Notes: a model not told the origin generated them from the sequence alone. A stretch of 64,000 nucleotides of DNA from a virus (IMGVR_UViG_3300028042_000003:42166-106165); one strand, 5' to 3'. Positions 9,212-19,996 are shown, counted from the first letter of the stretch. Translations and numbers: made by a program.

Positions 9212-11446
9212 ATGATAAAAGAATATGATGCTGTTGTAATAGATAACAAAGACCCAGAGGCTCGAAACAGAGTAAAAATAAGAGTTCAAGGTCATCACCA
9301 AACAGAGATGCCAGAGAGTGAACTCCCTTGGTGTTTGGTTCAACCCAGAATTGGTGCCAACTCAGGAAAGGGTCAAAAGGATACTCTAACTATTGGTCAG
9401 ATGTGTAAAGTACAAGCTTTGGATAAAGCAGAAACAGAATTCAAAGTAACGGGAGGATCAAACGCATTCCGAGACCCAAACAACACAAAGGGTAAACCTT
9501 ATTCTGTTATAGAAAATACTGAATTACAAAGTGTTCCGATACCAGATCTTGCGTCACTAGACCCAGAAAAACTGGCAAGAACTATTTTTGTGCCTCTGAT
9601 GGACAAACTTACAAAGAAAATAGTAGAACCTGTCAAACCATTTATTGGAACTTGTGGGACTGTGGACCCAAATGCAGATAAAGATGATGGTGGGTGTGGT
9701 GGTGGCCCTCCAGGTTGTGGTGGACCCGGAATACCAAAACCTGGTTCTGATGGATTATGTCATCAAAACGAGTATCAACAAAAGATTAGGTGTAGACCAA
9801 AAGCTTTAAATACAAATGGTGGAAAAATAGACTGTAAAAAATACAATTCTATTTGTGGAACAAAACCAATCACCTATAATATGAAATATGATTGGGAAAA
9901 AAGTATCCAAACCTTATCTGGTGGCGAAATGTGGATTCCATGTTTATCAGATGATATAGATGTTCAACCTGCTTGTAATAATCAGTGTTCTGGTTCTAGT
10001 TGTGATCCAAGCATAACCGCGGATACTAGTTCTGGCGTATGGGAAGCTAGTGGATCAAGTTGTAGCGGGATAGATTCTGGCTGTAAAAAACGACCCCTAG
10101 TTTGTGATGGTTTAGCTTTGTGTTTGCCTGAGAATACAAAATGTAGCAAAACATATCAAGATACTTCAGACCCTTCTGTACCGGGTGGAGTTACTAAATG
10201 TGGACTTCAAACAAATAAAATAAAACTTATTGGTCAGTCTAAACTTAGACTCAATCCAGATATACCTGGAAATACTGTTCAACCTCCTATCGTTGTTGAA
10301 TGTGAATACTTCTGTGGAAGTAATACCTGTCCAGATGCTATGGGTTGTCCAGGTGGACCTGATGCTCCGTTTGTTGCTAAAAAACTAATACCATCATATA
10401 AGTCGGTTACATTACCACCACCAAAACCAGAAAGTGGAATTAGAAAAACTCTTACAATCACTTTAGACGAAGTAAAACTAAAACAAACAGATACAATTAC
10501 TTATATAAAGTCAAATATTGTTAGTTTGCAATCAATTCATACACAAACTTTGGCTAAATTTGCTACAATCAAAAAATTACCAGAGATAATATTTGGTAAA
10601 ATAACAGCTGATCTTGGAAACTTACTAGCAGACCAAGCTGACAAATACATTGAAGAAATGTTTGGTGCTTTATCAAACCAAGCAGATAGAATTTTGGGAC
10701 AAGTGCAAGCATCCGCTATACGGTCAATAAACATTGCTGTAGCTGGAGCAGAGAAAGTTGTTGATAACGCTTTAGGTGCTTTAGGTGAGTTGGATATTGA
10801 CCTTGGAGGTGTAGAAAAGATACCAATTAAGATTATGGACCAAATTGTTGGTGGGTTTGGTCTTGGTGCTGTCCCAGGAGCCTTCTTCCACGAGGTTCTC
10901 AGAACTGACTTTATGGGACAAACAGAAAACAAAATTGTTACTCAATATGAAAACGGTATAGCTCAAGTAGTAGATACAAGTCGCGGAAACAAGTCTTGGA
11001 GTATTGGGACTAATGATGGAGCAAGAATTGAAATAGCAAGTAATGGAACTACTCTCATAAAAGCTCCTAATGATGTTCAAATTGCTACAGAATCGGGAAC
11101 TGTTTCAGTCACTGGCGCTAACCAAATAACAATTATTGATGGAAAAGCGACTATTCACTGTGACTCTTTTACTGTTGCTGCGAAAACAGTTGATATTTCA
11201 GCGGATGCTATAGCACTAAATGGAGATGTTGAAATCTCAGGAAAACTTGGTGTAGGTAAAGGAATTGAAGCACAAGAAAAAATATTTTCTAAAATTGATG
11301 TTGTAACGCAAAAATACTTAGCAAACCCAGCATTTCCAAACGATCCATCTAAAGAAACTCCAATATATGGCCAAAGCGTCTCATTATTTGGACACTTACA
11401 CCCAGTATCGGGTTCAGGTGGTAACGTAGGTCCAGCACACGGATAA
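9212..11446 (+). CDS. Baseplate central spike (T4 gp5-like) with OB fold, Cys-rich insert, beta-helix and HxH tip
   Basis: N-terminal VIDNKDPEARNRVKIRVQGHH..ELPWC OB-fold motif; beta-helix repeats near the C-terminus; ends FGHLHPVSGSGGNVGPAHG. Confidence 0.75.
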   Translation: MIKEYDAVVIDNKDPEARNRVKIRVQGHHQTEMPESELPWCLVQPRIGANSGKGQKDTLTIGQMCKVQALDKAETEFKVTGGSNAFRDPNNTKGKPYSVIENTELQSVPIPDLASLDPEKLARTIFVPLMDKLTKKIVEPVKPFIGTCGTVDPNADKDDGGCGGGPPGCGGPGIPKPGSDGLCHQNEYQQKIRCRPKALNTNGGKIDCKKYNSICGTKPITYNMKYDWEKSIQTLSGGEMWIPCLSDDIDVQPACNNQCSGSSCDPSITADTSSGVWEASGSSCSGIDSGCKKRPLVCDGLALCLPENTKCSKTYQDTSDPSVPGGVTKCGLQTNKIKLIGQSKLRLNPDIPGNTVQPPIVVECEYFCGSNTCPDAMGCPGGPDAPFVAKKLIPSYKSVTLPPPKPESGIRKTLTITLDEVKLKQTDTITYIKSNIVSLQSIHTQTLAKFATIKKLPEIIFGKITADLGNLLADQADKYIEEMFGALSNQADRILGQVQASAIRSINIAVAGAEKVVDNALGALGELDIDLGGVEKIPIKIMDQIVGGFGLGAVPGAFFHEVLRTDFMGQTENKIVTQYENGIAQVVDTSRGNKSWSIGTNDGARIEIASNGTTLIKAPNDVQIATESGTVSVTGANQITIIDGKATIHCDSFTVAAKTVDISADAIALNGDVEISGKLGVGKGIEAQEKIFSKIDVVTQKYLANPAFPNDPSKETPIYGQSVSLFGHLHPVSGSGGNVGPAHG

Positions 11447-11461
11447 CAAAAACTCTATTCT

Positions 11462-11469
11462 TATAAATA
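11462..11469 (+). promoter_or_regulatory. T4-type late promoter TATAAATA
   Basis: Exact match upstream of the gp25-like gene. Confidence 0.7.
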
Positions 11470-11485
11470 ACACAAAAGGATAGAG

Positions 11486-11917
11486 GTGTACACATATAAA
11501 GACATAAGTTCAGTTTTCAACCATGGAAAACTAGCAAGATACAAAGATGACTACGATTTGGAAGCTATAAAAAATAGCCTCCGAAATATTTTTGTTATTC
11601 AACAAAATGAAGTACCTGGAAAACCAAATTTTGGTAACCCAATTCAGCGTGATATATTTGATTTATTTGATAATCTAACTGAAGCTACTTTATATACTGC
11701 TATTGAAAATGCTATCGAAAAGTACGAACCAAGAGTAACACTCAAAGACCTCAAAATCACATTTGCGCCAGAATATAATAGAATTATTATTGATATTAGA
11801 TATGAGGCTATTATGGCTGATGCTACCATCACTGAGAACCTGCTAATACCATTTAGCCATAACAACTTCACTTATCTCAACGGACGTAAGATAGAAGAAT
11901 ATAGAATGCCAAACTAA
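11486..11917 (+). CDS. Baseplate wedge subunit (T4 gp25-like)
   Basis: AIKNSLRNIF...GEVP-like..PNFG...IENAIEKYEPRV gp25 signature; GTG start. Confidence 0.85.
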   Translation: MYTYKDISSVFNHGKLARYKDDYDLEAIKNSLRNIFVIQQNEVPGKPNFGNPIQRDIFDLFDNLTEATLYTAIENAIEKYEPRVTLKDLKITFAPEYNRIIIDIRYEAIMADATITENLLIPFSHNNFTYLNGRKIEEYRMPN

Positions 11918-11926
11918 GGAATAAAA

Positions 11927-14335
11927 ATGAGAAAAGAATTTAAGAATATAGAAGCGTCGTTGATACCATATGACCAAAATGAGATAGAAACCCTAATGAA
12001 ACAACTAATGTTCCAAAATGGAATGACAGATGTTATGTATGAAGGCTCAAATGTTTCTCAACTAGCTTCAGTAATAAGTTATGCCATCGCTTCGTTGAAT
12101 GTGAATACCGCAATCAATTTACAAGAAACCATATTGCCCTTAGCAACAAAAAGAATGAACATTCTTATGGGAGCAAGACAACTTGGGTACGAGCCAAGAG
12201 CGGTTACTTCTTACAAATATCAACTAGAAATCAAACCTATGTTTTATACTGGTCATGAGGTTCTTGTTTACGAGGTACCACTCTCTGAAGATCCTAGTGC
12301 ACAACTTATAGTAGACGTCCAAGATGATGTATTTCACTTTGGGTATAAGATAGAACCATACACAGAATTTAGAAATGGTGAAAGAAGCTACTGGTACACT
12401 GGTCCAGCTATTACAATCAACCCAGACAATGGTCCTGGTCAACCAAAAGGGTTTACTAACCTAGATGTTTTAGAATCAAGACAAAAAGACGGGCGAACTG
12501 ATATTATAGCAACTATAGAAGTAATTGAAGGTCAACTCACTAGATCACATCAAGATACTGAATTACAAGTACAAGCTATTGATTATATAGATGAAAAGAC
12601 AACTAAAACAAAGCAAGATTACCTAGTTCCTTATGTGAACGTTGAACAAAATGAAGGTATCCAAGCTTACTTGACATATATCGATAAAAATGGAATGACA
12701 AGAACTAGAGAACATTGGACAGTTTCAAAAAGTTTACTAGTTGACGAAACCTTGACTTATAACCAAAGAAAATTCGCAAGAATGGAAAACATTATCCTAG
12801 GTTACCCCGCTGTATTTTTTGAATTTGCTGGATTAGGTAATGGTATAAGATCTAAAACTCAAATTGAATTTGACATCTTACAAAGTTCAGGATCACTTGG
12901 TAGAGCCACAGAAAACTTTGAAGTAGTGGACAGTAGAGGTTCAGAAATTTTTGAAGTTATGGAATACTCTATGATTCAAGAAGGTAGACTAGCTGAATCT
13001 GATAAAAGTATCAAAGAAAATGCTATTGTATTTCATAACACTGGTAACCGTGCTGTCACTAGATCGGATTATACAAGTATTTCTAAAAAGCATGAAGCTG
13101 TAAAAGAAGCCGATGCGTGGGGCGGTGAAGAAGAAACTCCAAGACAAAAGGGTGAGATTTGGGTATCCGCAACTCCAAGAAAGCAATACAGAGAATATAA
13201 AGAAGAGTTCAATATAACTACTCAAACTTATACACTTCAAGTTGGAACATTGGATAAAAATGTAGATAACAACAAAGACGCCCTGCTATATATTCCAAAC
13301 GAAAACCAACCAGAAAAGAACTTCCAGAACTGGTATCTAACTGAACAAGACTGGAGTGGTTTTACTGATAAACATACAAGAATACATAATGATGGTCTTA
13401 GAGATTACTTAGATACATTCAAGATAATTTCTATGGGTCTAAATTATAGACATCCATTATATATTGATTTTGAGTATAATATAGAAGTAGTAAAATATGA
13501 TATTCACACAAACCCTGAAGTTACTAATAAACAAGTATTTGATACAATAAATAATTATTTTGTGAATACTTTAGAGCAATTTGAAGGTGATTACCTAAAC
13601 AGTAATCTACAAAGAGTAATTGACCAAGGGCTTGGTTTTGATACTGGTGTGAATTTTGAAACGAAACTATATGGTGTATTATGTGAAGAAATGATAGATC
13701 CTTATTATGTTGAACACCCTCAAGTTTATCCTGGGGCGGTTGTTGGTTCATCACCTATAAAGAAAGAAAGAATTATTATAAACTTAGCATGGCCATATGA
13801 GGATATACTCCCAGATGGTATCGATGAGAAAGTAGATTCGACACTACTTCCACGGATTGATACTGATATGTTTACATATGGTTCTACTACCGCAACAGCT
13901 AGTAATAAACTCCAAGTTGATTACATAAAAATGGAAGATATTGTCAACAGAACAGTTAGAGAAATTCCTATATACCTTGGTGCTAAAGTCAATGCAAACC
14001 AAGTAGGTGTTTATCGATTAGATGTAAAGAAAAATATTATAGAATTAGACCTAGACTTTGGTTTACCTGGAACTAACAAAAATAACCAAATGAAGATAAA
14101 GTTTTTTGGGCATCATCAATTTTACCCAACTGATCATCCTACACATGGGCTTCGCCAAGATCCACAGTTCCCAAATGACCCTACAAAAACAATAGGGCCA
14201 GACGAGATACCAGCTAGAGATTATAATAGATTCAAAATTGTTTATGCTAAAGCACCAAATGATGCACACACAATAAATGCTCCATTCACAAAGAATGTTA
14301 TCCCTAGACTCAAAAAAGTCAAGTTCAATTACTAA
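11927..14335 (+). CDS. Baseplate wedge subunit (T4 gp6-like)
   Basis: DVMYEGSNVSQLASVISY..., ARQLGYEPR, NRAVTRSDY, AWGGEE gp6 motifs. Confidence 0.85.
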   Translation: MRKEFKNIEASLIPYDQNEIETLMKQLMFQNGMTDVMYEGSNVSQLASVISYAIASLNVNTAINLQETILPLATKRMNILMGARQLGYEPRAVTSYKYQLEIKPMFYTGHEVLVYEVPLSEDPSAQLIVDVQDDVFHFGYKIEPYTEFRNGERSYWYTGPAITINPDNGPGQPKGFTNLDVLESRQKDGRTDIIATIEVIEGQLTRSHQDTELQVQAIDYIDEKTTKTKQDYLVPYVNVEQNEGIQAYLTYIDKNGMTRTREHWTVSKSLLVDETLTYNQRKFARMENIILGYPAVFFEFAGLGNGIRSKTQIEFDILQSSGSLGRATENFEVVDSRGSEIFEVMEYSMIQEGRLAESDKSIKENAIVFHNTGNRAVTRSDYTSISKKHEAVKEADAWGGEEETPRQKGEIWVSATPRKQYREYKEEFNITTQTYTLQVGTLDKNVDNNKDALLYIPNENQPEKNFQNWYLTEQDWSGFTDKHTRIHNDGLRDYLDTFKIISMGLNYRHPLYIDFEYNIEVVKYDIHTNPEVTNKQVFDTINNYFVNTLEQFEGDYLNSNLQRVIDQGLGFDTGVNFETKLYGVLCEEMIDPYYVEHPQVYPGAVVGSSPIKKERIIINLAWPYEDILPDGIDEKVDSTLLPRIDTDMFTYGSTTATASNKLQVDYIKMEDIVNRTVREIPIYLGAKVNANQVGVYRLDVKKNIIELDLDFGLPGTNKNNQMKIKFFGHHQFYPTDHPTHGLRQDPQFPNDPTKTIGPDEIPARDYNRFKIVYAKAPNDAHTINAPFTKNVIPRLKKVKFNY

Positions 14336-14344
14336 AGGCACAAA

Positions 14345-16153
14345 ATGATTTTAACGCATAGACAAAATTACTGTGAGATAGAAAAAACTAGGATTCTTAG
14401 AGCCCCAGTTTTCAAACATCATATTAGTAATATAAGTCCTTACAAAGTGTACGCAGATAATATTGAAATGTTTGATGCGTTTGCTGATACAGTCGCTAAC
14501 TTCTCTCCGATTTCAATGAACATTATAGATTATTGGAACAAATCAATGAGAACTCATGATACCTACGTTTGGGTTCCAATTGATGGATCTGAGAATATAG
14601 ACATCAATGACCCAGCATTTGGTTGGAGAGAGAGTGAAAACCATGGTCTAAAAAATATAAGTTTGGCGCAAAACCCACCAGGTATGGCACCTGATGGTAC
14701 TATGTTACCAGATGGATTTCCAGTTGCTACTGGTGATGGTAGACTTTTTGGAGAAGGTCGTAGATCTTACATTAGAGGCTCCAATGAAAGAGAAGATGGA
14801 ACGTGTTTAGATGAAAACCAAAGATTTTTTATCAATCCTATTATTGGTGTTCAAGATAAGTTAGCAATGACTTATCTAAATAACTTCTATTCTGTATATT
14901 TTGATGCTAGACAAGATCCAACACTAAGACATAGATTATTGACAATATCAAAAGAAGTCAAAGCTTTAGACCCTAAAATGTTTTTCAATAAACCTAACAA
15001 CCTTTTTACAGAAGAAAAAACTGTAGCGAATAAAACATTTATTATGAAAAAGGGTACAGACTTAGGTCTAAAGTATGCTCAAAAATCTGCTTATGATGCT
15101 GAGCTTCAAGGACCAATGTCTAGATTTTATATGAAATTGACAACACCTGCTCCACTAGAATATGCTATAAATAGTAATGTATTAGAAGATATTTTTGAGA
15201 AATTTGTAAAACCTCTAGCTCATCCAATAGGATTTGTATATGATTATAAATCAGTTTGTATGGTTTTGGGCGCTGAGGATATTGATCATCCAATGGTATC
15301 ACATGCGTTTGTATCAAAACGCATAGAGGTAAATTGTTTATGTCAAAGAGAACTTATTGAAGCTTCTGGAGTGGAGGATAATACTAAAGAAGAACATGAT
15401 ACTCCGGATGAAGAAACTGAATCTAAATATAAAATAGAGTGTGGTGGGCAACACCAACCAGTGCCAAAAGTTTTTGCGCTTTCTGAATCTGATTTAGTTC
15501 TAACACCAATTCCAGACCCAAATATTCCAGGTGCGACAATATCTGTAAAATATATGCAAGGTCTATGGGACGGTATTGCTGAGGATGCTTGGGGTACCGA
15601 AGATTCTAATGGTGTTATACAATTCAATATTCTAAAAGACATAAAAAAATCTATTGGAGAGTTTAGAAAGGGAATACACGAGTACACAAAATACATATTT
15701 GAAAATAATAACTATTTGATTGCTTGGGTTATACAATCTAAAGTTCAAGATGAAGCACCAAAAGTAATTATTGAATACTATAGAGTGGATTACGATACAC
15801 TTTCAGGATGGACAAAAATTGTTACTTTTGAAAACGATATTCATTGTAATATTGCTGATAACTTAGAGGCAACAAGAGAGTCTCAAATTACAGAAAAATT
15901 TTCAATAAAATGTGTAGCTTCTAAAAATGGTGACTTTATTATGGATCCAAATCCAACGGGACCAGACGCAGCAAACGCAAACGGACCAGACGTGTTAGCA
16001 CCAATACACTCAGGTGATGTTATTGGACAAGATGTTGATGGAAACGATGTTATCAAATACAGAGGGTTTATGACAAACCATATACTAGCTGGTCATAGAA
16101 GACCGTACGGTGGTAAAATAGTAGGTTGGTCAATTTTAGATGACTCAATATAA
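14345..16153 (+). CDS. Baseplate wedge subunit (T4 gp7-like)
   Basis: FIMKKGT...YAINS...FVKPLAHPIGF motif (gp7 HPxG); follows gp6. Confidence 0.6.
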   Translation: MILTHRQNYCEIEKTRILRAPVFKHHISNISPYKVYADNIEMFDAFADTVANFSPISMNIIDYWNKSMRTHDTYVWVPIDGSENIDINDPAFGWRESENHGLKNISLAQNPPGMAPDGTMLPDGFPVATGDGRLFGEGRRSYIRGSNEREDGTCLDENQRFFINPIIGVQDKLAMTYLNNFYSVYFDARQDPTLRHRLLTISKEVKALDPKMFFNKPNNLFTEEKTVANKTFIMKKGTDLGLKYAQKSAYDAELQGPMSRFYMKLTTPAPLEYAINSNVLEDIFEKFVKPLAHPIGFVYDYKSVCMVLGAEDIDHPMVSHAFVSKRIEVNCLCQRELIEASGVEDNTKEEHDTPDEETESKYKIECGGQHQPVPKVFALSESDLVLTPIPDPNIPGATISVKYMQGLWDGIAEDAWGTEDSNGVIQFNILKDIKKSIGEFRKGIHEYTKYIFENNNYLIAWVIQSKVQDEAPKVIIEYYRVDYDTLSGWTKIVTFENDIHCNIADNLEATRESQITEKFSIKCVASKNGDFIMDPNPTGPDAANANGPDVLAPIHSGDVIGQDVDGNDVIKYRGFMTNHILAGHRRPYGGKIVGWSILDDSI

Positions 16154-16170
16154 AAAAATAAGGAAAAATA

Positions 16171-17004
16171 ATGTTAGATAGAGTAAATAAAGTAAAAGGG
16201 TATTTCAAATATACCCTTAGAGACGCAAAAACAAGAGAAATTATTGAGACGTATGAAGCACCAAACCAAATTATGTCAGAGGTTCCTAAAATGTACTTTG
16301 AATTAGTATCTGGACTTGACACATTCTCTGGCAAAACTGTTGACACTATCACCCCGTTACAACCAGAAGACTTTAGGCTTTGTTCTATTGCTTTGGGTAA
16401 TAGAGGTGCTGAATTATTACTAGATGAAGATGGTGAAATAGTAAAAGACGAAAACAACGATAGAGTATATGTCGCAAAACCAATAAACCCACTTGATACC
16501 AAACTAAATGCTATGAAACGAGTAGACACCCACTTTGCTGGACAGGCATATCAAGCTACTTGGGAAAAACTAACAGAAAATGAGAGCATGAAACCAACTG
16601 GTGTTGTTGGTCAACCATATCCTGGGTGTAAAATTCTAACGGAAGGTATTATGAAGAGTGATGCAGTTCCACCTGAAGCTTTCAATAGCAAGGGAAAAAA
16701 TAGTACATCATCATACCACTCTGAGTCAGGAATGGATGTCAATACCACAGTAAAAGATGGAGTTATAACATTCTTATTTGAGTTACTAGAAAAAAGTGGG
16801 AATCATATAGACTGGAGTGAAGCGGCTTTATTTGTTAGACATAAACAAGACCCTGGGTTCTCTAACCACAACACTGCTCTAACTTTGACACCCGAAGGTG
16901 AATATAACCTCGGTACTATTTTTAGTATGAAAACTTTTAGACCAGTGCATAAGACTAGTGCTTGTGTTCTAGAATTAGAGTGGAAACTAGATTTTCGATT
17001 ATAA
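16171..17004 (+). CDS. Baseplate protein (gp8-like / tail-associated)
   Basis: Last gene of the wedge operon; IALGNRG..., WSEAALF, FSMKTFRPVHKT..LELEWKLDF. Confidence 0.45.
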   Translation: MLDRVNKVKGYFKYTLRDAKTREIIETYEAPNQIMSEVPKMYFELVSGLDTFSGKTVDTITPLQPEDFRLCSIALGNRGAELLLDEDGEIVKDENNDRVYVAKPINPLDTKLNAMKRVDTHFAGQAYQATWEKLTENESMKPTGVVGQPYPGCKILTEGIMKSDAVPPEAFNSKGKNSTSSYHSESGMDVNTTVKDGVITFLFELLEKSGNHIDWSEAALFVRHKQDPGFSNHNTALTLTPEGEYNLGTIFSMKTFRPVHKTSACVLELEWKLDFRL

Positions 17005-17811
17005 TAATTTAGCGTACCAGCCAATAAAAACATCTTTTTTGTTTTTTACTAATAAGTTATGATAGTTTTTGTTTTGATAAATACGTGACCCACCGTTTTT
17101 GTAACTTACCATAAGTTGTGGACGTGGCAGCCCAAATTTGGTGCATAATTGGTTGAAATTTCCAGTGGATAAGTATTTTAGGTTTCCCAACGAGTCATAA
17201 ATAATCACAGTTTTAGCATGGGCGTTTTTGGTTCCTTTGGGAGGGTTCTTCTCCAATCGCATAATAGCCTTATTCTTTATAATAAGTTTTGTGCTTTCTT
17301 TATGTTTCTTTCCATACATTGGATTGTTATGACCAACTTGACAGGGTTTATTATTTGAAATTTTATTTTTGGTGATGAATGCATTTATTGGTCCATGAGA
17401 TTCAATTATACCATTTTTGAAATCTACTTGTCTTTCTAGTGGTAACTTTTGTCTATAGTCTACCATAATCGGCGGTTTTCGTAGGGCTCTCGCCAACTTT
17501 ATTTTATTCTCTTCATACAAAATAGAACTAAAACATCTTCTATTTCCAGTTGGTGAAAAACTCATTATATGAAATGCTCTCAACATTTTTGTTTTATTAT
17601 TACCACTACAAATTTTTGTCAATAAGTAATGACATATAAAGTGTTCTTTGGCGGTTAGTAGCACTAAATTGCTTGGGTCTTTATCTAAATTTGGTGCTAT
17701 TGATTTTGGAATGATGTGGTGATTCTCATAATAAACACCATCACCTTTTACTCGGTTATCATGGACAGCTCGATTTATTATTTGGTTATATATTCTTCGA
17801 TATTTACTCAT
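16999..17811 (-). mobile_element. Free-standing HNH homing endonuclease with NUMOD3-like DNA-binding motif
   Basis: YYENHHIIPKSI..DPSNLVLLTAKEHFICHYLL; NNPMYGKKHKESTKLII; likely start at ATG 17811, just after the gp3-like stop. Confidence 0.85.
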
Positions 17812-17812
17812 T

Positions 17813-18352
17813 TCAACCTCTAAGCATTGGTACGTCTTTGGCGTATCTATGTTCATCTTCAATAGCATCTAGAGATCTTTGGTCGTGGTCGTAATACATT
17901 ACGGAAAACGTAAGGGTTAGTGTCTGCAGAGTATCTTCTGGATCATTTGGGGCTACTATAATCCCACCAAAGTCTTGTAATCTACATGAGTGGAACCAAA
18001 ACTTTTGTTGTGATTTACCCTTTCCATCTAGAAATTCTACCCATAATTCAAACTTTTTGAAGTGAGAGAACTTACCGTTTTCCACATTTAGCCCTTCTAG
18101 GAAATAATGATACACGTCTTTGTAGACCTTCCAGTCTTTGTCAATGCTTAGTTCAACCGTAAGATCTGTATAATTACAAGTGTCAGGTGCCATTGTAGTT
18201 GCTGCGCCAGATCTTGAGCCATTTCTTGGAACGTCCATACTAATTGATGGTATTTCTATAGCGTGTACATTCCACCATAAGTCTGGCAAATTTAGTGATC
18301 CAAATCTTATATTGGTGCTGGTACTATAACTATTATTACTTGATTGTTGCAT
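17813..18352 (-). CDS. Tail completion / tube terminator (T4 gp3-like)
   Basis: Start reassigned to ATG 18352 (AAGGA RBS; late promoter 18375-18382); AIEIPSISM...YTDLTVELSIDKDWKVYKDVYHYF pattern. Confidence 0.65.
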   Translation of the reverse strand: MQQSSNNSYSTSTNIRFGSLNLPDLWWNVHAIEIPSISMDVPRNGSRSGAATTMAPDTCNYTDLTVELSIDKDWKVYKDVYHYFLEGLNVENGKFSHFKKFELWVEFLDGKGKSQQKFWFHSCRLQDFGGIIVAPNDPEDTLQTLTLTFSVMYYDHDQRSLDAIEDEHRYAKDVPMLRG

Positions 18353-18374
18353 GTAGGTCCTTTTATCCTTTCTG

Positions 18375-18382
18375 TATTTATA
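18375..18382 (-). promoter_or_regulatory. T4-type late promoter TATAAATA
   Basis: TATTTATA on + upstream of the gp3-like gene. Confidence 0.7.
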
Positions 18383-18418
18383 ACACCAAACATTCACCTA
18401 ATGACGAAATAAGGAAAC

Positions 18419-18440
18419 TTTAAGGTGTTTTTTGTATAAT
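18419..18440 (+). promoter_or_regulatory. Short-class promoter TTTAAG-N10-TATAAT; other copies at 23306, 27383, ~29918, 33025, 57300, 61941
   Basis: TTTAAGGTGTTTTTTGTATAAT; the TAAG-to-TATAAT spacing is the same in all seven copies (the ~29918 copy reads CATAAAG), mostly upstream of replication/modification operons. Confidence 0.7.
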
Positions 18441-18459
18441 AATATACAAAGGAAAAACA

Positions 18460-19224
18460 GTGCAAAAATACTTATTAGAACCAGTACTTTCAAGTGAATT
18501 GATATTAGTTCGAAACGCCAAAAAACTCAAAGAAGATCCAAGTTTATTACATGAATCAAACCTAGATCGTATTGAAGAACTCCGTGAAGAATTTTATCAG
18601 TTAGACTTACTTTCAGTTGGGGGCCAAAAGGGTCTACAAAAACAAAAAAGACAAGTTAGAGACGAAATTACAGATCTCAGCTCTGAAACATTCACAGCAA
18701 GAAATAACAATCTGTTTGGGATGATGATTACAAATATGGCAGACAAAATTTTATCCAGACCTCAGTTCAGCAACTACACATACAAAGACGAAATGAAATC
18801 ACTAGCTTTACAACACATTCTAAGTTATTGCTGGAACTTTGACCCGTACAGAGTTTCTAAAATAACAAACCAACCTATCTCAGCATTCGCATATATCTCG
18901 ACGATCATTTTTAATGCTTGTATTGCTACTATCAATAAACAGAAGAAAGAGCAAGCCAAGAGTAAAGAAAGCTTTTTGGAACATCAAAAGTTGATACACA
19001 GAGATCCGAATTGTTCCACGTTTGGAGCAGACTTCGAAAATGCTAAAATGAAATACGACCTACCTAATCTTATACAAGATGACCTTCTAAAAGAAATCAA
19101 AAGCCACACCATTACAGAAGCTACAGAATTTTGGATTCCCGCGGACTATAAAATTACTGAGAAAGAAACAGACTTCGTATTGAAGTACGCATATAATCTT
19201 AGTATCAGACGACTAAAGGACTAA
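18460..19224 (+). CDS. gp55: Late-transcription sigma factor (T4 gp55-like)
   Basis: FGMMITNMADKILSRPQFSNYTYKDEM...NFDP...AFAYISTIIFNACI gp55 signature. Confidence 0.85.
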   Translation: MQKYLLEPVLSSELILVRNAKKLKEDPSLLHESNLDRIEELREEFYQLDLLSVGGQKGLQKQKRQVRDEITDLSSETFTARNNNLFGMMITNMADKILSRPQFSNYTYKDEMKSLALQHILSYCWNFDPYRVSKITNQPISAFAYISTIIFNACIATINKQKKEQAKSKESFLEHQKLIHRDPNCSTFGADFENAKMKYDLPNLIQDDLLKEIKSHTITEATEFWIPADYKITEKETDFVLKYAYNLSIRRLKD

Positions 19225-19225
19225 G

Positions 19226-19735
19226 ATGCATCAAATGTCTCAAAAGGAAATAAAAGACCTCAGAGAGTTATTGCTAAAAAGAAATAAAGGGAAGTGTCCA
19301 ATTTTGGACATTCCACTCCACCCAACAGACGCTGCTTTAGACCACGCCCACGAATCTTCAGAATGTAGTGAAACTGCAGAAGGTCAAATACGTGGAACGA
19401 TTCATAAGTTTGCTAACAGTTTAGAAGGCCAAATGCGTTCTAAATTTAGACGATCTGGTGTTGCTAAGTATATCAGTTTTGAAGATTTTCTTTTCAATCT
19501 TTATACTTATCTAATGGACTCAAGAGAATTATATCTTCATCCAAGTCATAAACCAAGACCAAGAAAGCTAATGAAGCAAAGCTATAACAAGCTAAAAAGA
19601 GAAATAACCAACTGGAACAGACTAGCGGCTAAGCCCATAAAGATGCCAGATTATCCTAAGTCAAAAAGACTTACTAAAAAACTAAAGGAACTTTATGAAA
19701 AATTCGCCATATACCCAGAATTTTATAGCAAATAA
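19226..19735 (+). CDS. Recombination endonuclease VII (T4 gp49-like)
   Basis: KCPIL...AALDHAH...GQIRGTIHKFANSLEG EndoVII motif. Confidence 0.8.
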   Translation: MHQMSQKEIKDLRELLLKRNKGKCPILDIPLHPTDAALDHAHESSECSETAEGQIRGTIHKFANSLEGQMRSKFRRSGVAKYISFEDFLFNLYTYLMDSRELYLHPSHKPRPRKLMKQSYNKLKREITNWNRLAAKPIKMPDYPKSKRLTKKLKELYEKFAIYPEFYSK

Positions 19736-19961
19736 CGAGTTAGAGATAGTAGAACTACTAAATGAGATATCCAAAATACCAGAAAAAAGTCTTTTGGATA
19801 AAATAGTAACTTACTGCGAAAAGTTTGACTTGGACCCACAAGATATAGGTGATGCGTTAGGTGACTCTGAACAATTCAAGATGATGTTGCATACAGAACT
19901 TGAACTAAATCATGTATTTCCAATGTCCAAAGAACCTACAATACAAATAGACGAGTGGTAG
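19695..19961 (+). CDS. Late-transcription coactivator (T4 gp33-like)
   Basis: LLDKIVTYCEKFDLDPQDIGDAL...LHTE pattern; located next to gp55. Confidence 0.65.
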   Translation: MKNSPYTQNFIANNELEIVELLNEISKIPEKSLLDKIVTYCEKFDLDPQDIGDALGDSEQFKMMLHTELELNHVFPMSKEPTIQIDEW

Positions 19962-19962
19962 G

Positions 19963-19996
19963 TTTAATGTTCGTGTAAGTTCTTTTATGTTATAAT
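19963..19996 (+). promoter_or_regulatory. Long-class early promoter, consensus TTTAATGTTCGTGTAAGGTATATTATGTTATAAT (34 bp); copies at 19963, 21920, 28869, 32651, 42413, 44387, 46808, 48422, 53254, 60476, 63403
   Basis: Eleven similar intergenic copies, each spanning exactly 34 bp to the end of TATAAT and followed by an AAGGA RBS. Confidence 0.85.
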
